50,896 nucleotides of DNA. It comes from Macrostomum lignano. Taxonomy: Eukaryota. The stretch's first letter is position 1, and each line of letters begins with the position of its first letter. Below the pieces are notes generated by a model, which was given only the letters and a program-made list of their open reading frames with translations, ran no database searches and was not told the DNA's origin. The stretch is from assembly GCA_002269645.1 (NCBI GenBank), contig NIVC01000541.1, forward strand, positions 1-50,896, in the 5' to 3' direction. This document shows positions 12,201 through 25,708 of this stretch, piece after piece. The position numbers and the translations under genes are program-made.

Positions 12201-15023
12201 AGCTCGAGCCAGCGCATTGTGTCCAGGCAGAAAGTCACGATTCTGTGCGGAGAATAGAGTTAGGGAATGTGGTAGAATGGGTCATGCGTGCGTGTATGGG
12301 TTATAGATGCTTTATTGGGCCATGGTTGTCTTATATGGGTCATAAATGCCTAATATGCGTCATGGGCGTCTTGTATGGGTCATAGATGCTTAATATAGGT
12401 CATGGGTGTCTTATATGGGTCATAGATGCTTTATATGGGTCATGGGTGTTTTATATGGGTCATAGATGCTTTATATGGGTCATGGGTGTTTTATATGGGT
12501 CATAGATGCCTTATATGGGTCATAGATGCCTAATCTTGGTCATGTGTGCCTAATTTGGGTCATGTGTGCCTAATTTGTGCCTAAATATGTGCCTAAATAT
12601 GGACTATATGGAAAATAGGTACTCGTAGGTGCCTAATATGAGTTAAGGTCATGGGGCTGTCTAATGCGCATTATCTTAATCTAAGGCTACCATGCAATAG
12701 CCCGAATGAAAAATTAATGAGCTGACCTATTCCTAGGCGCTTCTCCGTTAGTCATCAGATAGAACAGCGGCCCATCATTAGTGATGTAATGATAGCTGCA
12801 GTCGAACGAGTCGGACACCACAGTGTAGGGCAGGGGGCCGCTGCCGGCGGCCACGCCATTCGGACAGTCCTTGGCCAATTGGCAGACGTGCAGCTGATTG
12901 GCCGGCTTGCACCCGTCGGTGAGGAAGATCAAAGCGTATTGGCCGCAATCGCTAACGCTGGCCGTGACAAGCCATTTCGGCGCGTCGGGGAATTCGGCGC
13001 ACAGCCGGTCCCGAGACTGCGGCTCGCCCAGCTTGTGGTACATCAGCTTGTGATTCAGATCGAGGTCGCCAGTGGCGCCGCCCTCCGACATGCGACCGTG
13101 CGGGTAGCAACTGTAGAACACGCCGGCGCCGTCCTCTGTCCAGGCCAGGCCGCTGAACTTCACCTTGTCCAACTGGTCGGGCAGATCTGAACCGTCCGCG
13201 ACGCGTTTGAATCGAATTGTCTTCCAGTCCAAGCCGCAGCTGGATTGGCAGTAGGCCATTACCGAGCCGTCCCGCGTCATCGACAGCTGATTGGGTTAGA
13301 GGAGAGTGATAGTGAGAACTACAAGAGTGACAGTGGGACAGCGGGAACGAGCTGAGTGACATTGCGAGCTAGGAGAGTGACATTGCGAGCTAAGAGAGTG
13401 ACATTGCGAGCTAGGAGAGTGACATTGGGAACAAGGAGAGTGACATTGGGAACAAGGAGAGTGACATTGGGAACTAGAATAGTGACATTGAGTACAAGGA
13501 GAGTGACATTAGGAACTAGAATTGTGACATTGGGAACAAGGAGAGTGACATTGGGAACTAGAATAGTGATATTGGGAACAAGGAGAGTGACATTGGGAAC
13601 AAGGAGAGTGACATTGGGAACAAGGAGAGTGACATTGGGAACAAAGAGAGTGACATTGGGAACTAGAATAGTGATATTGGGAACTAGAATAGTGATAATT
13701 GAGAACTAGAATAGTGACGTTGGGAACAAGGAGGGTGACATTGGGAACAAGGAGAGTGACATTGGGAACAAAGAGAGTGACATTGGGAACAAGGAGAGTG
13801 ACATTGGAAACAAGGAGAGTGACATTGGGAACAAGGAGAGTGACATTGGGAACAAGAAGAGTGACATTGGGAACAAGGAGAGTGACATTGGGAACAAGGA
13901 GAGTGACATTGAGAACAAAGAGAGTGACATTGGGAACAAGAATAGTGACATTGAGAACAAGGAGAGTGACATTGGGAACAAAGAGAGTGACATTGGGAAC
14001 TAGAATAGTGACATTGGGAACAAGGAGAGTGACATTGGAAACAAGGAGAGTGACATTGGGAACAAGGAGAGTGACATTGGGAAGAAGGAGAGTGACATTG
14101 AGAACAAGGAGAGTGACATTGGGAACAAGGAGAGTGACATTGGGAACAAGAAGAGTGACATTGGGAACAAGGAGAGTGACATTGGGAACAAGGAGAGTGA
14201 CATTGGGAACAAGGAGAGTGACATTGGGAACAAGAATAGTGACATTGAGAACAAGGAGAGTGACATTGGGAACAAAGAGAGTGACATTGGGAACTAGAAT
14301 AGTGACATTGGGAACAAGGAGAGTGACATTGGAAACAAGGAGAGTGACATTGGGAACAAGGAGAGTGACATTGGGAAGAAGGAGAGTGACATTGAGAACA
14401 AGGAGAGTGACATTGGGAACAAGGAGAGTGACATTGGGAACAAGGAGAGTGACATTGGGAACTAGAATAGTGACATTGGGAACAAGGAGAGTGGACATTG
14501 GGAACTAGAGAGGGACAAAATAGTAATTTCAATGACACAGAAAACAACACACAGCTTTACCTGGCCAATAGACACCGTGCCTTCTTCACTCATGGTGTTG
14601 GGATCCAGCAGCGTCCTCGACTCGCCATCGTAGGTGTCCCTGACTTTCAGCACCGACTGCGCCTGCAGGCCGGAATTGTACCAATAAAAATAGCGATCAC
14701 CTTCCCGGAAGTCCACCGAATACCTTGGATAATCTTTCAGATCGGTTAAGCACTGGCGCAGCTTCTCCCGATCTGGGCAGCCGGCCAAGTACTCAGACGA
14801 GATCTTATTCTGAGCTTCAACAAAACTTTTAGTGCCAGGACTGTCGCTGTCCTCCAGAGCCCGGTATGGGTCGCTGACTTTCACGCCAAAGAATTCGTCC
14901 ACAATGGACTCATCTCGGGGAGCATCGGGGTACTTAGGAAGGTTAGCCTGGAGTAGTGCAAGAATCGGAAGTGTCAAATATGCTTTAATAATATTATTTA
15001 AAATTTAATAATGCATAAACCAT
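9217..15023 (-). CDS. PREP: Prolyl oligopeptidase (peptidase S9A), about 714 aa
   Basis: Exons 14947-14561, 13286-12727, 12242-11870, 10633-10194, 9598-9217, all GT-AG and phase-compatible (713 codons plus stop). Tentative ATG-only first coding exon at 15023-15021 (ATG|GTTTAT, 73-nt intron). Motifs: [36 protein letters not shown], catalytic GASNGG (Ser), ASHDDRV (Asp), DGHGFG (His). Confidence 0.95.
9636..10120. repeat. 39-bp minisatellite in last PREP intron
   Basis: Unit gctagattagcaatccattctattcctgcatccttgtgg, about 12 copies. Confidence 0.9.
10670..11785. repeat. 29-bp minisatellite in PREP intron
   Basis: Unit gatcatagggatctagaattgggattggt. Confidence 0.9.
12275..12560. repeat. Degenerate ~20-22-bp minisatellite in PREP intron
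   Basis: Recurrent tatatgggtcatagatgc motif. Confidence 0.75.
13340..14510. repeat. 21-bp minisatellite in PREP intron with 294-bp higher-order duplication
   Basis: Unit gagagtgacattgggaacaag. The variant pattern recurs at 14-unit spacing. Confidence 0.9.
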
Positions 15024-17039
15024 ATTGATCAACTTCTTGAAATGAGCTTTGTAGTTAGTAGTCTAGAGTAAAAAAGCCTGGGTGTATACAGCTACTAAAC
15101 AATAAAACGAGTTTTATTTTTACACAAATAGCAATTATGTATTACATAAGGCTATTATTCTCTTAAATAGCCATAAATAGTTAAATAATAAATATAACTC
15201 CATCAAAAGTCAATCCGAAGTTTTCTGCCATAAGTCTTGCCAGATTGTAAAGAAATTACAATATATGGCAGTGATTATGAATTAAAAATATATTAAATGA
15301 TAGATTGGGGCTAATGAAAAATTAGTTATACCTCAACTAATATTACTTCATTAGGAAAATAAAGAAGCATATAGTATTTAGCAACAAAAAGTTTTTAGAT
15401 TTAGTTTTGATTATATTTTCGTACATGCAGAAAATAGTGCATCTTCTTTCTTTTCTTAGCATTTTTTGTTTTACTCAAAGGGTTTTTGCTGTAAACAATG
15501 CTAGCCAATGAAAGTACAGCCTTTATTATATTATTACACATAAAGGGATGAAACCAGGCACAATAAAATCAACTTTTGGAGTCTTTCAGTTTACTGCTAA
15601 AATTTGTTTGTCGTAAAAACTCTTTATCAGTTATTATATATAAGTAATGAGCAAAAAACTGAGTGGCAAAGCCAAATTTTTAGAATACTTAGAATTGAAT
15701 TGAATCAACAGAATACTCAGTTTCAACTAGAATTGAAAGTTGAGAATCAGAATACTAAATAGTCACTTTGATGTGGGGCAATGATTTGGAACAAGTCAAG
15801 AGTTGAGTATTGGTGTTGTGGCTTATAAATAAAGGAAAGGAATTAGGGAATTTTGGAATGAGAAGTTTGCATTTGAAGATTCAAGAGTTTTAGGGGTTGT
15901 AGGATTGTGGCTCATAAATGAGAGGGAATTTAGGATGGGATAATGTGGTACATCTTGAAGAAAGGCAGGGGTGCTTGAGTAGTCATGAGCACATTGTACT
16001 TAGATTGAGTACTAAGGCTTTAGGAGGCTTTACCACTTACACACATATAAGTTGCTATTGGCTGAGAGCAGTCAAGTGACTACTATTCTGTCCAATAGTG
16101 ACTTACATGTGTTGCCAATAGAAATAGAAATAGCTGCTCTGCTAATGGCAAGGCTTTATGGCAAGACACTTGCAGGTGTCCCATGTTTTTACTTTAGAGC
16201 AAACTTTTAAAATGCTGCATCCATTCTTTTAAGTTGCCTGCAATGAACAATCTATGGAAAACATTGTGGAATAAGTGCTATGCTACTTGTAAGTCAAGGC
16301 CACAGCTGTGAGTGACTTCTCTAAGCCTGTACATGTACACTATACACTGTGTCTACTGTACATTGGCAATGATACACATGCACAAACACTGTAAGCTAAT
16401 GGTGTCAGCACAACAACAGTCCTTTTCTGGTATATTGCCATCACAATGTGGACTAGCAGCTCTAGCAAGTTGTAGCCCCTCCCTTATACCCATTACACAA
16501 GGAATGATAGGACCACCTTTTAAAAGAGTTTAGAAATCATGGACATTTTAATTGGATCCAATATCATTTAGTCTTGGTCTAGTTGTGCTATTATTTATGT
16601 TGGTCCTGTATATATATATAATTGTTTTGAAAAAATAAAATGTAACACTTAGGCAGACAGTTATAAAATAATTTACTGATTTGAACTGTCTGTTCACTCA
16701 CAGAGCTTTATTAACTGTCTTATTTTCTATATCACACCGTATCTATTTTTAGTGGAAATCTATGTTAACTTCTTTCTATGTTTTTGTGTTAGCAATGCTG
16801 TATAGCAGATAGCTTTCTAAAACATGGATTTTTTCCTCTTAGTAAGGCAGATCTAATGACATTTGTCTTCATTTACCTACTTGACCTGTTGGACTATGTG
16901 CAGGGAAAATGCCACTGTAGAAATAAATACATGCTATTGTTGAATCTAAGATCTCAACCACTCAAGTGACGGTAATTATTGTGGAATAAGGCTTCCTTTT
17001 ATTATATTTGTAATATTGTACTTAATAATATCAATATAA

Positions 17040-19297
17040 CATCAAGTATGTCTTTGGAATTGTATTAGAGATCTTAGAGAATGCAAGTGCTATATGGTGC
17101 GACATGGATGCTATCAATCATTTTGCCTTGGTGGCCTAGTCTGGCTGCTTGGCCATTGGCAATAAGCCAAATATGATCTGCCATTTCAGAAACAGTCTAG
17201 CTGCTGCAGTGACCATTGCTTGGTTTCGGCCTGCAGGCTAGTCAGTAAGGTGCAGTGTGGCTTCTATGTGCCAGGCAAGGCTGGACCAGCCCAAGTAGCA
17301 TGGGCTATAGCTCATGGCAGAAGTAGCTGAGAAACTACTGCTAGGCAGTCAGTCTAGGATGGGGCTGATGAGGGCTATGACCTAGAAAAGCAGAAATGGT
17401 TTAAGCAGTGCCTCAAAGGTAGGCTGACCCTAGCCCCAGCAGACAAATAGGGTAGGGCTAGACTGCAAGAACTTCTAAGTTGAGGACACACTCATAGGCT
17501 AGGCAAAGGCATATCAGGATATAACACATGTCCTGGCCAAACCCTCCTGGCATGCGTCCAATATTGCTATGAGCCAGATCCCGAGAGGTCTAGAATGAAT
17601 TTACTTACTGCCTGAAGTATGGCAACTTGCTATCTAGTATCTAAGAAGTATACCCCAAGCCAGGTCCAAGCAGCTGTGGAAGCGGGCAGCCACTGTGGGG
17701 CCCTAGTAGTGGTAATGGCAGCTAAGGCTGAAAATACCAAGCCAGAAGGTAAAGCGCATGAGACTTTCTCGCACAACGTAACCCAAGAGATGAATATGCA
17801 GATAGACCATGCTATTAACCGCCTGTCAAAGTACATGCTAGAGCCAAGCATCAGGCGCACTACCAACCAGCTAGAGAAGACATTCCACAATATTGCCATG
17901 CAGACTGCCCCCACAGGTGACAACCCATGCTGCTACATGGTCATAGTGTCCAGCGACATAGTGGGCTGGAGCCCCAATAGGGACTGAAAGCTTATGACTA
18001 GCCATCACCTGGAGATAGTCAAAATGACCAAGCTGGGCCCTCAGTGGGACCTCCAAAGGCTATGGAAAGATTTTGTGATAACTATAAACAAGCACAGTGT
18101 GACTTGTCAGCAGTTCAAAACCATGGCATGTTCCAGGGCTAGACACCAATGGCTGACACACTGTACCATTCCAACATGCTTAGCTACATCATAAAGACTG
18201 CAAAAGAATGCTTGATCCTGGCTGAGAAAGAATATGCTACTGTTCTCTGCCTGATTGATGATGTAGTGCTAGCTGTGCCCATCTTAAGGCCAAGGGCTAA
18301 GGCCCCGGAGACTGCTGCAGACCAGTTCTACTGCCATGTCATAGACATGTATGCATATCTGGGCTATGTAGTGGAGATTTCAAAGACAATATATAGTAGC
18401 ATTAACTTCATATACCTGAATAGCCATTTTGTAGGAAGCAGTGAAGTGCTGTGCCCCATTAAATTTTGTGCAAAAGCAGACAACGAGTTCACAAGATGGT
18501 TCTACAGCTTAACTGACCAGTAGCATTCAGTATTCAATAGCTATGCTAGTGCTATAGCCAAGGGTGCAGATCCCATGGCATGCTACTTCTTAGCACTACG
18601 CAGAAGCATTGACCTATGAATGCAGACTGCTGACAAAGACTTCTGCAGGAAAGCCAAGCCAATGTGTGCTACTGCCTTTGTGCTGCTCAGCTTAAGGGGG
18701 CCTTGGTTTCCCAACATTTGGAGGGTTCTGCATAAAAGAGACCCTGGATCTGCTTAGCACATTTATCTAGGCCATCTAAAACCAAGTTTGCCGCAGCAGA
18801 GACCTAGTAAAATGAGCTAGCTAGGCTAGCCAGCTGGCCAAAGTATTTGGCTAGCCACTTGAGGAGCCAAGACTCAGGACCTACATATAGAACACAGCAA
18901 ATGTCTACGCTACAGGTGTGCTAGACCCCTTTGCCCCAGTGAAAAGAGAGCTAACAAAGGCACTTAGGAAATTTGCAATGGCTGCAGAGTTTAGAGATAT
19001 ATTCTCAATCCATGTACAAAAGCCTAGCATAGAGTTGGAGAGAGTAATCAAGGAGGATTGCAAGTGGGACCCACATATGCTGGCCGAGCTAGCAGAGTAC
19101 ACCCTGGCTGCCATGGTAGATGCGCTTGTTGCCTACTAGAATATGTAAATAATGAGTCGCTAGCTTACCTGCTGCCCTTTTGGAAGCAACAGAAAGAGGG
19201 GCTGGAAGTCTGCAGACTCAACACTAGCCAAGCCAAGTTTTTACTTCAGAAGCTACTATGCAGGCTACAGAAAGACCAGCTAATTGACTCGCCCTAG
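17040..19297 (+). pseudogene. Endogenous viral element: decayed L/RdRp of a negative-strand RNA virus, qinvirus-like
   Basis: Collinear polymerase motifs: F KAENTKPEGKAHETFS, A SSDIVGWSPN, B HGMFQG*TPMADTLYHS, C LCLIDDVV, D LGYVVEISKTIYS, E FIYLNSHF. In-frame stops at 17985, 18140 and 18521, and a frameshift near 18120. Further decayed coding-like sequence on both sides; outer limits approximate. Confidence 0.85.
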
Positions 19298-21099
19298 TTA
19301 ATATATAAAGAACCATTTTAAACTGAAAAAAACTAACCTGCACTTTGCACTCTTGCTTCTGCAAGCTCTCAAGCTATAACAGCTCAATTTTTAATATAGC
19401 TAGGTTTAAAAGGAACTCTTATCATGTTGGTTATTTTAAGGAAACACTAAGGGCTCATAGAGACCCTAGCTAAGCATTAAGTTACATATTAGGCATAAGA
19501 CTAAATATTAGGCTTCAGGCTTAAGAATTAGGCATAAATATTAGGCTAGGTATTAGGTGACAAGATTAGATATTAAATATTAGAAAATAAGGCTCATTGC
19601 TAGAAACCTCAGCATTCTTTTGTTTTACGATCACCTAGCATTGTCCCTATAGGAGTTGGCACTTTTGTTATATGATCCCCCCCACAGAGAATGGAAAATT
19701 GCTCTTAAAATTGAACTTCAAAATGGGACCACTTCTAAGTGTGTCATTTTAACATAAAATCTTGTGTCTTATAGAAGTTAGAAGCCTGTCCTTATATTCA
19801 CTTTCATTATGCGATCATTTAAATGGTGAATTTATATGCAGATGATCGCAAGACAAAACCAAAAGAGCTTGTAGATTTTGACTTACAATCACACCAATAG
19901 TAAAATTGTATTGGAGGGATCGTATGATGAAATAGTAGGAAATTGTCGCTATAATAGACATTTCAACCAAACAATCAATTGCAGCCTCTAATATGTTCGT
20001 GAACCTACGTGCTTTCATAACTAATGCTATGTCCACAATCCTCAAGTTGACTAGAAAATGAGTTGCAATGATTTTGTTCTTGGAAAATAAATGTGAAATG
20101 TACTTTTTTGATAAACTAGAGTATCTTTTTTACTCTTTTTTAATGGGGATTGTCAGACAAAAAATGATCTGCTCAGGGATTGTAAAACAAAAGAATGCCG
20201 AAACCCCTTGATCTACAGAAATACTATACTTTTGGACATAGCTTAGTTAGGATGTTAGACAGTGTCTTACCACTTGGGCACTAATCACTCCCATGAGATT
20301 TCTAAGATATCAAGTGAATTAGGAATTTTCCAAGAAAGATTTTTAATTTAGTGATAAGTAGGGCCTAATATGAATTTAAATAGGCCTAGGTAGCAGTTCT
20401 TAGTAGAACAACTTAGTAGAAGCAGTAGGATCTCATAGAAGAGAGGTTCTCCCTAGCACAACTTGGCAACTGCAGTGGGATAGAGTAGCAAATAGAAAAA
20501 AGAACTGCTACACTATACTATACAAAAAAGTTTAAACATTCCTAAATATAATATTAGTGATAAATATATTGATGTCCAAGTCTAACATTGCCTAAAAAGC
20601 TTAGTAGGGCCTAACTATATATATTTATGTAACTATATGTTTTCTACATTTTAAGACCATACAAATTAGTTTAGGAATAGAATAACTATAGGCCTACAAA
20701 GTTAACCAATAAGCCTTTAGCCTAGTTACAATTTCAACAATCAATCAGGCTTGAATTTAGAAATAGGCATTACAAATGTCAAATAACTTAATATTAATAA
20801 GTTAAGTATAAATATTATATTGGTATTAACTTAACGGCCTTAGGGTAAAAACCTTACAGAGAGAAAGATCCAACAAAGATATTACTTCAACCAAAGATTT
20901 AATTAAAACTATGAAATAGGCTGTATAAAGTAATTTATTTAAACTGGTACCTTTAATAAAAGAAACACTAAGGCTTGTATAATGCAGTATTAGAGCACAG
21001 TAGCAAAACGAGCTTTTTGCTCTTTCCCTGCTAGATGGAGCAAGTTTCTCTGCGTTTTCCCGTCGAGGCGGTAGGGTATAGGTAGGGTATAGAATGTCG

Positions 21100-23556
21100 C
21101 AGCCTGGTTGGGCTATGCCGCTATGGAATTATACTTAAACTGGTCAGCAACCACCGATGATCAAACTGGTGCTATTATACAAAAAATTGTAATAACCTAA
21201 ATATATACTACTTTAAAAATGTTTTTTACTGATACATTCAAAATTTAAAATATTTTTTTATTAAAAAATAACTTTTGCAATGGTAAAGCTAGATTTGTTT
21301 AAGCAAAAAAGTATATTTATTAACTATTCAAATGAATCAAAACGAGCGCTGTCGATGGAAAATCCATCGAAAACGAATATACTAAAGAAACTGGAAAGCA
21401 TAGACTTAAAACCACTAACTGAAGTCAAGATAAACTTTCCCAAAGCTTTAATAACGAGAAATACCTAATGAAAAAGCACCTCAGGATACACAGAGAAAGA
21501 GAACTTAGCCAAAAGCTAGAGAATCAGCAACATATTAAACTCTACAAAAACGCCTATCTCTACAAAAAAATCTGCAGGCCTGACCTTTCAGATTACTTTC
21601 CATGCACATTTAGAAACAAAAAATTCCTAACAACCCTCCTAAAACTGAAATGTGAGATTACACCCAACATTTTTTCTCAAGAAGCATGTAGACTGTGTGG
21701 AGCGAGAAATGGTTCAGATATCCTACACTACTTGACCGAATGTCCACAAACTGAAGAGATCAGAAAAAAATACTTCTGTCAATACCTCTTAAATGACAAA
21801 CAAATACACAACACGAGATAGGATATGCTACAAATGAAAAAAGAGTCAGAAAAGAGCTCACTGGTGTAGCTAAAATATATGAAGTCATGAATAGCTAAAA
21901 CAGTCATGCAAACTGAAACAGATACATCAGCAGTGTAATAAATCCGCTTTTCAGTTGTTTATTCATTTACTGTCTTTTTTAATTCCCTATTTAATTCGTC
22001 GTTAATCGTTAGACGTTAAGTTCGTTCGAAGTGTGTTTATGCTCGTTTTTTCACGCTTTGAAATATCACGCGCTTTCAAAAATACTATATCTTTTTACAA
22101 AAATCGCCTATTATTGAGAACAATCCTTAATTATACTAGATATTTGTTATATTGACAAAATAATATTGAACTACCTTTTCTGAATCGCATTTTCATAGAA
22201 GAATCGTTTTGCATTAAGGTCATATATATACAACATCGATTTTCGGTAAGGGGTACAACACTACCCGAAAAATGGGGTAAAAGGCTACCCGATGATTTTA
22301 GGCGTCTACCCGCTTCAAATCGTCCAGAAAATGCGCCTAACCTATGCAGCTTCAAGTGTGGAATTTTTTTAGGTGAAAAACTGAAAGATTATGATGAAAT
22401 TCACGTTTATTTTTGTTGGTAGTGTTTTACTCCAAAAAGCTACCCAAAACTACCCGACCCCTACCCCCGTCATTGAGAATCGAAAATCAATAGCTAAGCT
22501 TACTTTTACATCTTCTGCCATAATGTATAATATCAAGTGGTTTTAACGTGTATGAGCAAAGTTAGGGTAATGGGTAATTTGTTTTACTGTATTTTACTTT
22601 CGCATTTTTAACAGGCATTTTCGTTTACGTTTGACTTAGTTATTGTGTAGCCCGATAAGCTAGCGTAAGGTGCAAACTAATATTAAAGCATCGTTTTTTA
22701 GTTGCATGATGCATAGTATAGAAAATAAATTACCTCTAATAGAGGCCTCGTGAAATTCACTTCACGTGACAGTGAAATTCACTTTGAATTGAGGCAAAAA
22801 TATACCGAGCCTCTATTAGAGTTAATTTATTTTCTATACTATGCATCAACTAAAAAACGATGCTTTAATATTAGTTTGCACCTTACGCTAGCTTAACGGG
22901 CTACACAATTTAACTAGCTAAGTCAAACGTAAACGAAAATGCCTGTTAAAAAATGCGAAAGTAAAATACAGTAAAACAAATTACCCATTACCCTAACTTT
23001 GCTCATACACGTTAAAACCACTTGATATTATACATTATGGCAGAAGATGTAAAAGTAAGTTTAGCTATTGATTTTCGATTCTCGATGACGGGGGTAGGGG
23101 TCGGGTAGTTTTGGGTAGCTTTTTGGAGTAAAACACTACCAACAAAAATAAACGTGAATTTCATCATAATCTTTCAGTTTTTCACCTAAAAAAATTCCAC
23201 ACTTGAAGCTGCATAGGTTAGGCGCATTTTCTGGACGATTTGAAGCGGGTAGACGCCTAAAATCATCGGAAAGCCTTTTACCCCATTTTTCGGGTAGTGT
23301 TTTACCCCTTACCTCGATTTTCTATTTTTCCTGTTAGTCGTTAATCGGCTGAAAAAAAACCGTAAAAAAAATTCCAGACGCTCTTTTAAATACCTTACTT
23401 AATACAAATATCGTAACTCGTTTTCAGCGAGTTGGCAAGTTCAGCAAAAATTTAACCTTTTGAATAAATACTAATTACTAAATACATCGGATTATACTGG
23501 CATAACAGGCTCCTTAAGCCTGAGCCAAATTTACTACTACTACTACTACTACTACT
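21100..23556 (+). mobile_element. 3' fragment of a non-LTR retrotransposon, interrupted by the palindromic element
   Basis: Broken ORF 21280-21821 ends in the ORF2-type CCHC knuckle CRLCGARNGSDILHYLTECP. A (TAC)8 tail at 23532-23556 may be its 3' end. The 5' limit is approximate. Confidence 0.55.
22245..23313. mobile_element. Non-autonomous Mutator/foldback-type palindromic element
   Basis: ~500-bp near-identical inverted arms (22245-22745 / 22808-23313), ~60-bp spacer, termini GGTAAGGGG...CCCCTTACC, exact 9-bp TSD tcgattttc (22236-22244, 23314-23322). Confidence 0.9.
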
Positions 23557-23774
23557 CGTCGGACTCCGATCGCGCCCGTCGTCTCGTCGTCGTCGGTCTC
23601 AGCTCGGATGACGCGTGCGAGCGCGACCTGGGATATAGGCAACCAATCCAATTCAACTTTATAAATGTTCACAATGATTATGGAGCCATCATAAATGTTT
23701 TTCAGTTGTTCTGATTTAAATCAAAATCAAATAACTAGGTCAGACATTTCGAACAGTGAACACCAAAAATTATA

Positions 23775-24427
23775 TACTTTTTTTGCGATTGAATTCATCC
23801 AAACTGCAAAACCTTTCGTCCACAAATGCTTTCTTAATGGGAGCTAAATTTAGATTATACCATAGACAACTGTGTTCACGCAAAACGGTTCATCCAGTTT
23901 GTAAAACATTTCGTCTAAACCCTACGTCCAAACAGCTAACAGCTAAACGGAGCGACTTTATTTGATATCACGAGATATTGAACAAAGCAAAAACAGTGTC
24001 TCTTGTTAGAATGTTAGTTCAAAATGTCTTCGTAGTCCAAACAGCGGCCGTAGTAACCCACAGTGTGATTGGTCCATTGCTGGCACTTCTCCTGTGTAAT
24101 CACGTGCAGTGCAGCTTCGACCTCTCTCTTCAAAATGTGCATCCGCCAGGCCTCGGTTCATCTTCGACTGTTTTGCCGGGTTCAGAATGGAAGATATGCG
24201 TTGCTGTAGCTGTAGTGGTAGCAAAAGCGAACTGTCAATTGGGTGTTAACTATGGTAGGAACAGTACACTCGGTCTCTAGTCTAGGGGACGAAATGTTTT
24301 ACAAACTGGATGAACCGTTCCGCGCGAACACAGTTGTCTATGGTATGATCTAAATTTAGCTCCCATTAAGAAAGCATTTGTGGACGAAAGGTTTTGCAGT
24401 TTGGATGAATTCAATCGCAAAAAAGTA
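23775..24427. mobile_element. MITE with ~140-bp TIRs, TA-flanked (Tc1/mariner-like)
   Basis: Inverted arms 23775-23915 and 24288-24427. TA dinucleotide on both sides (23773-23774, 24428-24429). Confidence 0.7.
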
Positions 24428-25018
24428 TACTTTTTTTCATTAAATCTGTTCCACGCTCAAATGCTACTTGAGTTGAAATGCAAGTTGTCTATGGAAAAAA
24501 TAGTTTAAAAAATCGAAAGGGGCTCAAGTGGGGGGGGGGGCTTGAACTATTTCCCTTTAGCTGAGAAGCTGCTAATATCTGCTTTTTCTTTTGGACAACA
24601 TATTGTATCATGGCTGGACAACTACCAAGACCCTCGTGGATAGTTCCGCCGAATGTGGAACAGTGCCCAGTGACAAGCTCTGTATCCGCCACTAGAACAC
24701 AATGACGAGTTGGCAAGTTCGGCAACCAGGGAGCTAAAAACTCTGCCACAATCGTTAGAATGGTTTAAAACATCATTTATTGTTGTTATTGTTTTCTGGT
24801 TTCGAACTTTCAAATTTAAACGAAAAATAATTTCGCGAACGAAACTGCACTACTATTGCCGGCCTTACCCTTAAATTTATTTGATTCTTTTGCAACTGCA
24901 TTTTACTATCTTAGTAAAATCCGTTTGTGTAAAAGAACAGCACTCTAGACCAAATCCTTTCATATCTGGTTTAATTTTTTTCACTTTTTCTTTGCCGCGG
25001 CCCTGGTAGCGAGACAAC

Positions 25019-25128
25019 CGAAGCTACCTGTACAAGCGCACAGGCCCGACGCGGCCTTCTGCCCTGCTGAGTCAGCGGCGCCTGCAGCTTGCCGGACATG
25101 TCATCCGGGCCAAAGCCTACTGCCCTGA
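25019..25128 (+). mobile_element. RTE-clade LINE RT C-terminal fragment
   Basis: Translates YLYKRTGPTRPSALLSQRRLQLAGHVIR, matching the RTE motif LY...RRLxxAGHVxR. Confidence 0.6.
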
Positions 25129-25708
25129 AAGGAATTTGTATATCTTTAACTCCACTGCAGCTTGCACTAGGCCTAGGCCTAGTCTAACAACCAAGGAAAT
25201 ACGCATTTCTTAGGAGGCCATTTAAATTTCAAAGTCCTTTAAGAGAAACTTAAAATTTCCATGGTGTGACTAATTTAGTAGGGTTGTATTGTATTGCATT
25301 GCAATCTTTTGCTTTTACAAACCATGCTAGATCTGGATTGCCTGCCCTTGACTTTCCAATTGCTATCCACTATTAGGTCTAAACTATTGCAGAGTTTGTC
25401 TATAATATAGAGGGCAGTGGTTAGAATTTCTCACTAAACTGTTAGGCCTATGGCTAAATGTAGTTTCTTATTCTCTGGGTACAGAGAAGACTATAAAGAA
25501 AGTTATTCTAAAACAAAACACTATACATTTGCTATGTAGGCCTATATTTAGCCTTATCTATTGCCTTATCCTTGGTCTGGCTCTGGGCAGTCTGGGGGAA
25601 TAAATGAGTGAGTGAGTAAGTGGCACAAACAACAGAAAAAACAGACAAACTTCATATGCTTACAGTTTCTATTCTGATTGAGTTACAGAATTGAATCTTT
25701 ACATTTAG

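Noticed and set aside
13356-14550. Cys/His/Val-rich repeat ORFs resembling metallothionein or antifreeze proteins
   Set aside because: Translations of the 21-bp array inside a PREP intron, on both strands.
16150-16450. Cys-rich broken ORF on - upstream of the EVE
   Set aside because: Many stops, no recognisable motif, and the Cys excess is explained by TG enrichment from CpG decay.
23557-23650. GC-rich stretch that reads like an exon on - (cccag|VALARVIRAETDDD)
   Set aside because: No donor or partner exon and no recognisable homology. More likely retrotransposon debris next to the (TAC)n tail.
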